This document shows positions 58,192 to 64,000 of a stretch of DNA of 64,000 nucleotides, piece after piece. The stretch's first letter is position 1. Each line of letters opens with the position of its first letter. A model generated the notes under the pieces. It did no database searches. It worked only from the letters and a program-made list of their open reading frames with translations, and was not told the origin of the DNA. Made by a program: the position numbers and the translations under genes. Source of the stretch: the human T2T-CHM13v2.0 reference genome, Homo sapiens; NCBI RefSeq assembly GCF_009914755.1, contig NC_060930.1; one strand, given 5' to 3'.

Positions 58192-58294
58192 GAGTTCACA
58201 CACAGGACCACAATGTTCTTCCACAGGTTCCGTGTCCCCACCACCTTCACGATGCAGACCTTCTTGGGCCTCCGGGAAAGCTCTTTCTCCAGCT
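58192..58294 (-). CDS. SLC22A23: SLC22A23 coding exon (103 nt); upstream exons lie beyond the window
   Basis: tttctttgcag|AG CTG; LEKELSRRPKKVCIVKVVGTRNLWKNIVVLCVN(S); donor AACTC|gtgagt, phase 2, matches the next exon. Confidence 0.93.
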
Positions 58295-60506
58295 CTGCAA
58301 AGAAACAGACCCTGTGAGCCCTGGGCAGGCCGCCCACAGAGGACAGGACAGCAGCTGCAGTCACAGCCCTGGTTCCCCAGTTCGGGTACCACAGAAGGGA
58401 GAGAGAAGCTTTTTTTTTTTTTTTTTTTTTGCCAGTGGATAGGGTCTAGGTTTCCAGGATAGAAAGGCACTCATAAGACCCCAGCTTTGCAGTTCAGGTT
58501 TCGCTCGGGTGCCTGAGAGGGCACCAAGGTGCACCGTCAGCAGAAGTTTCCATCACAAACCCTTGTTTTGGAACCAGTCAGAGTGCACACAAACGGTCTC
58601 GACTCAGTTCACTTTTGTCTGAGTACAGAGCTCAGCGATGATATTCTAGGTTACTGAGGCACTCATTAGGCCCTGGGCAAATCTAAACATGCAGTTCTTT
58701 TCCGTACACTCTACATCTGCCTGTGTCACCCCCGGCTCGGAGACTGGGAAGGCCACATGCAGATATGCTTCTTAGCCTTGTGGGGTGGAACTATGGCTGT
58801 AGCTACTTCTGCTGAAACTGCCCTTAGGACATCATATGCATCTTTGAAAGCCAAATACATAAGTGAACACATCTGCGTGTATGTGTATACACCATACATG
58901 CACACATTCATACGCATGCATATACGTGTGCATGTTTTAGTTAACAGAAGTCCTTGGGGGCTGGACAATATTTTGGCTCCAAGGGATGTGAGCAACTATA
59001 AAGTCATGAGACTGAGTTTCTTGTGCGGCTCCAGCGGCTCTGAAAGCCCCTCTGAAGGGAGTCCACCAGCGCACAGTGTTACATTCACCAGGCCAAGGGG
59101 TCTGCAGAGGTGCTGGTGTTGATCTGGCAATTTACAGGGAAGATTCAGAATGGTGGGGGTGCTGGCCTCCAGGAGCTGTCTGCTTGCACGTCTGGGAGCA
59201 GGAATGCCACCTCAGCCTTCTGTTGCCTCTCTGCCTTCCTAGCCTGGCATGTCTTCATGGAGTAATCCCCTACTGGGGAGCTAAAAAAGAAAAGGGAGAC
59301 TTCCCGAAGCGGAGGGGAACCAGGACTCTTCAAGACTGTCAAGGTCACCAGAAACAAGAAAGACTGAGCAGCTGTCAGACCAGGAGACTAGGGAGAGGGG
59401 AGGACAAGACGCAGTCCTGGGCGGCATCCCGGGTGGGAGGAGTCGTCATGGAAAGCACGATGATGGGAGGCACCAAATAAAGGCTGGGGTTTGGTGAATG
59501 GTAGTGTTCCAATGTCACTCTTTTAGTTTCGACAACAGTACCACGACAGTATCAGACATTCGCAATCTGGGAAGTCGAGTACTGGGAGGTCTGTCGTTGC
59601 CTCTAGAGGGATCCTTCTGCTCCCTCGGGGGCTGTGTCTCCAGGACCCTGGCCCTGTGCTTCCGAGGGCCACTCTGAACCCTGGATGGCTCAAGTTCAAC
59701 CCTCCTCTTCCACCTCCTTCCTGCCATCCAGCGGTAGGAGGGTCACAAAGCTCTTTCATTATAGTTTGAAGAAAAAATGTGTTGCTAAACCGTAGGGATT
59801 TGAATAAAGCAATGATGTTTTTATTCAAACATTGTTTTTGAACTGAGTGTCACCAGCCAGGGCACAGAAGGGAGAAGGAGAAACCTTTCACTTGTCTGAG
59901 GGAGCTCATGTCTACTGAGTTTCCAGAACTTTCTCCCTTGCCATACTTGGGTGCAAAGATTGAGGTCTGTGTGTAAGCCCACAGGGCCGGCGTTTCAGCT
60001 GCTGGTCCACGGACCCTCTCAGCTCCCAAGGTCCATTATTTTTCCTCAGCAAAAATGGGCTACTTTGACTACAGGCACAGTTTCTCCATGGTTAAAATAA
60101 CTAATTTTATAAAGAGCTTGAAAATATCATGGTTAACAGAAAACCTTGGATCCAATGATCTGAATATCTTTGCTATTATAGAACTCATCAGAAACCAACT
60201 GTAATAGCTACGTTTTCTCACCATGGAAGACTTCCGAGAAGAAAATTTCAATGTCCATTAGCAAGTCCATATAAGTTTAAAGTTTTAAAAAGTATATACC
60301 CCAAACTGAACTCCTGATATGTTATTGTTTACTAAGTATGATGTTAAAGAAGCAATAACAACTGCATTATGACCTGAGCTTTTTAAATAAAATTAAACCT
60401 AGAACCCAGTCTAAAAAATTGACTGTAGTCTGCAGAGGTAACTGAATTCTTCTAAGTGGAATTAGATTAACCTTTCCAGGGCTATTGATATGTTTTCAGG
60501 AAGCAC

Positions 60507-62698
60507 ATGAAGCGCTTCCTCCCATGTCTGGCAGAGTCACTGTCCAATGACTTTGTGCTTATCTTACTACCAGTTACTCACATCACCAGCCTGTCAACAA
60601 CAGCATGAAGCTTCCGCAGCATTATATCTGTTCTTCTGGGCCTCAAATCCTCGAGTGCTTCTGGAGGCCGTGCCGAGTTCTCCCATCCGGCCCTCAAGGC
60701 AGCGCTCTATGTTATAGGACACTTCAGATGGTTCTAACACCCTCAATGGTAGCTGAATCCAAGAGGCCTTTTTGTCTGTCCAGGTATCAGATGGACATCT
60801 AGAGACTTCTCTAAACTCCTCACACATGGAAATGAATGGGCAACAGGGAGCCCGGCCAGGTTGTGGGACACTGGCATCTAGGATTTGCTGCTGCGAGCAC
60901 CCAGCTCCCATGCTCTCCTCGAGACAGAGGAGGAGGAGGACACATCAGCCTGCTTGACTTAGAGCCATCAGAAAATTTTCCAACCAAAACCCACGTCGAG
61001 CCGACTGAATTTTGATGAGCCAGGTATGTCCAAGGCCATCCTGCAGCCCCTGTGCCTCCACATTTTCACGGATCCCCGTGTGGTCGGGGCTGAGGTCTGG
61101 GTGCTGTGAGGGGCCCGATGAGCCTGGGCAGGAACCCAGCTTCTGCACTTCCGGCAAAGCTACGCTCTCCTTGGAAAAGCTACGCTGTCCTTGCTCTGAG
61201 CCCAGCTGCTCGTCTGTGAAGTAGGATGAAGCGCTGCCTTGAGGGCCGGATGGGAGAACTCGGCGCGGCCTCTGGGAGCACTCGGGGAGCACGTGTCTTC
61301 CCGCCCCGTGCTCAGTGAGCCCAACATCTCCCAGCTTCTCTTCACCAACAGAGGGAGGGAAAGGAGGCCCTGATGACCCTGCTGACCCGCTGGGAGGAGG
61401 GCACGGCCTCTCCACATTTGGCCATCTGGTGTGAGAGGTAAACCAGGCCTCCGAGGACAGCAGAGGACGCAGTGGCCACTCGCCCAAGACCAGGCTCAGG
61501 AGGAGCAGGGAAAACACACGCAGAGGAGAATTGGAATTGGCTTGCGTGGGGGTATGAGATAAACCGGCTTTGTTGTCATCCTAGTGGACGATGCTAGTGC
61601 GTTAGGGGTGAAATTGGAAAAACATCAGTTATAGAGACGGAAAGCAAGAAAAGAAAAAGGAGGAGGACAAGGAGCAGGAGGAGGAGAAAGAGAATGAAAG
61701 GGAAGAAGGGATGCTGCCATCTCTGCCACATGAGTCATTAAAAAAGCACACCAAACGCTCCAAGGAGGCAGCCCTGAGCCCCACACCCGTGTTGGGAAGT
61801 AGAAAAAGCACCTGCTGCCTCTTCCCCACAGCCCCTCACCCCTCCGGGACGGATTTAGAATGGGGCCACTCGGCCACTCGAATAAATGTGCTTGAAAGCA
61901 AGTGGAAGATAAGCGTCCACAGGAGTCTTATCACGAAGTCACCTCAGACAGCACAATCTTCAATGTCTAGCCAAGCTTTCAACAACTGACCGGGCACTGC
62001 CGACCTCTGTCATCTCTGTCCTCGTCTGCCCAGACACAGGCTCCACCTAACCTGAGCCCTCTGAGTGAGCCGTGGCGGTCGCCTGTGGAGTGAGGGCCCT
62101 GTGCAGCCTGCCTGGGGTCATACCTTGCTTTCATCACTTACAGGTGGTGTGACTTGGGCAAGGTACCTAGCGTGGAACGTGGAGGTGGCCTGACATATCC
62201 ACCCTCTCGTCATCTTAGGATCTGAACAGATTGTTAAGGCAGAGTGAGGCAGGCCAGGACAAAACCCAAGCTCTGTCATTGCTAGGGGTAGTAGGGAGCC
62301 CCACATGGGGCTAAGATGGGGGCGCTCGGATCACACAGACTCAGCCGTGCATCCTGGCAATGCTGGGCAGGTTGGCTTCTCCGGGGTGAGGTGTGGGGCT
62401 GCCCGGAGAGGACTGATGCTGAGGACGGAGGATGCCTGCACCCTGCACGTGGCTCCCCACAAGGAAGAAGACAGGAGTGCATTTGCCGTCCTTCCCCTGG
62501 GGCTAGCCTGACACTGAGAGGTATCATGGAGTTACTGCTCCCCACTGCTCAGCCTCTTTGGGCCCGTTCTGTTCCTGTAAAGTAGGGAGAATGGCTCCTC
62601 TCCCTCATGAAGCTCAGATGCAGATGAGATACATATGAAGCGCTTCCTCCGATGCCTGGCAGTCACTGTCCAGTGACTTTTTGCTTATCTTACTACCA
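60507..62698. repeat. Dispersed ~65-bp direct repeat (60507-60572 and 62635-62698)
   Basis: atgaagcgcttcctcc...gcttatcttactacca; four substitutions and one 2-bp indel. Confidence 0.93.
60652..61284. repeat. 55-bp inverted repeat (arms 60652-60706 and 61230-61284)
   Basis: 51/55 complementary; inner 35 bp perfect. Confidence 0.95.
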
Positions 62699-62965
62699 TT
62701 TGAGCATTCGACATTCTACATTGAGTTACATTACTACCATTTGAGATTCTACAAAATCTGAAGCCTGAAATGCTCTAAAATTGAGAATCTTTTGAGCACC
62801 CACATGATTCTCAAAGGAAATGCTCACTGGAGCATTCAGATTTGGGATTTTTGGATTTGGAAAGCTCAACCAGTAAGTATCATACAAATATCCCCAAATC
62901 CCAAAACATCCAATCCCCAAAACACTTCTGGTCCCGAGCATTCTGGATAAGGGATGCTCAGCCTG
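62699..62965 (-). mobile_element. Tigger4/MER46-type DNA transposon with disrupted left end
   Basis: aaacacttctggtcccgagcattctggataagggatgctcagcctg terminus; ctcaaaggaaatgctcactggagcatt. Confidence 0.85.
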
Positions 62966-64000
62966 TGAAACTGAAGGCACAGTGCCGTGTGTGGCACTCA
63001 TCCCGGGTCTCGTTTTTGCATTAGGCTGCTGGCCACACGGCCACATTGGGAACCAGCGGGCCTTCTACTCCTGCTTTAAACGCTCAAAACCTCAGGAACT
63101 AATGACACAGGAGTGCTCTCAGCAGTTGGGCACGTTATGTGATATGAAGGTTGCAGGACTGACATTGAGAGAATGATGCTCAGGAACACACCCACATATC
63201 TAAACTCAGCTGCACAGGCCAGTAAGAACTTCACACTTGCTAGGAGATAAACCAAGGACAGCTTTAAAAGAGAAAAGGAAATAAGAAATTTGAGAACATC
63301 AGGTTTTCCCCCGGCATAAGTCCAAGGTTAGGATGTACTGATGGGGCAGTGAGCAGCCCCACTGGACCCCTACACGTACCTCCAGCCAGGCCCGAGACGC
63401 TTACTTACCCAGTGGCAATGCAACCGCAATCCTAACCCTTCCTTCCTATAGGAGTCCTGGGTTCGTTTAGCCCATAAATATTCATGGCACACCTGCTACG
63501 CGTCGCGTCAGGCCTTCGGCTGGGCTGCTGCTGGGGGCACAGAAGTGTCTGGCTCTACAGACGGGCCCTGCCTTGCCTGGCCTTGCCGCTCTGCAGGGGT
63601 GACAGGCAGTAATAAGGAACCCTGCAATTACTCGTCGTAGCTGGGATGAGGGGAAGCGGGGAGAAGTGCTGAAGTTGTAACAGTGAATAACTGGGGGCTG
63701 ACTTGGTCTCTGAGGAGCTGGGCAAGGCAAGAGTGGGGAGCTGAGAGGACAGGGAGTGTGCACCGGGAGGGACCTGTGGAGAGGGAGACGGTGGTGTGTC
63801 CTGGGAGCCAAACGAAGGCCAGGGTGTGAGGTGGTGGGAGGCAGAGATCAGAGCCTCTGCAGTGGCCTGGAGGACCTGGGGTCTACCCGAAAGGCACTGG
63901 GAGGCACTGGAGAGGCTTGAAGCCGGTGGTGATGTGATCAGATCATGTGTGACCTGGTGGCAGGGAGGATGGAACAAAGCTGGGAGCCCAGCCAGCCGGC

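Noticed and set aside
58868-58935. Alternating purine-pyrimidine tract (Z-DNA candidate)
   Set aside because: Degenerate AT-containing microsatellite, common in introns, with no supporting context

Overview
Human (primate) genomic DNA, recognisable from its proteins as the PSMG4 / SLC22A23 locus (6p25.2 by prior knowledge). On the + strand is the complete PSMG4 (PAC4 proteasome assembly chaperone) gene: three coding exons (27410-27583, 32082-32157, 35994-36115; 123 aa) plus an in-frame 117-nt cassette exon (32604-32720). On the - strand are the last five coding exons and the ~4 kb 3'UTR of SLC22A23, converging on PSMG4. Much of the rest is Alu, L1, MIR, MaLR and Tigger sequence. Less obvious structure: (1) a solo LTR12 (21804-23228), nested in an old ERV-L pol/dUTPase remnant, with a well-preserved CCAAT/TATA core but heavily mutated flanks whose strand bias flips near the predicted TSS; it could feed an in-frame ERV-derived first exon into PSMG4; (2) a decayed, intronless MIA3/TANGO1-like retrocopy at ~4.7-6.7 kb; (3) several short templated insertions copied from sites 0.5-3.3 kb away; (4) a 33-nt SLC22A23 exon with microexon-like 3' splice-site architecture. 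Repeat subfamily calls and protein or consensus comparisons are from memory, not searches, and repeat boundaries are approximate.
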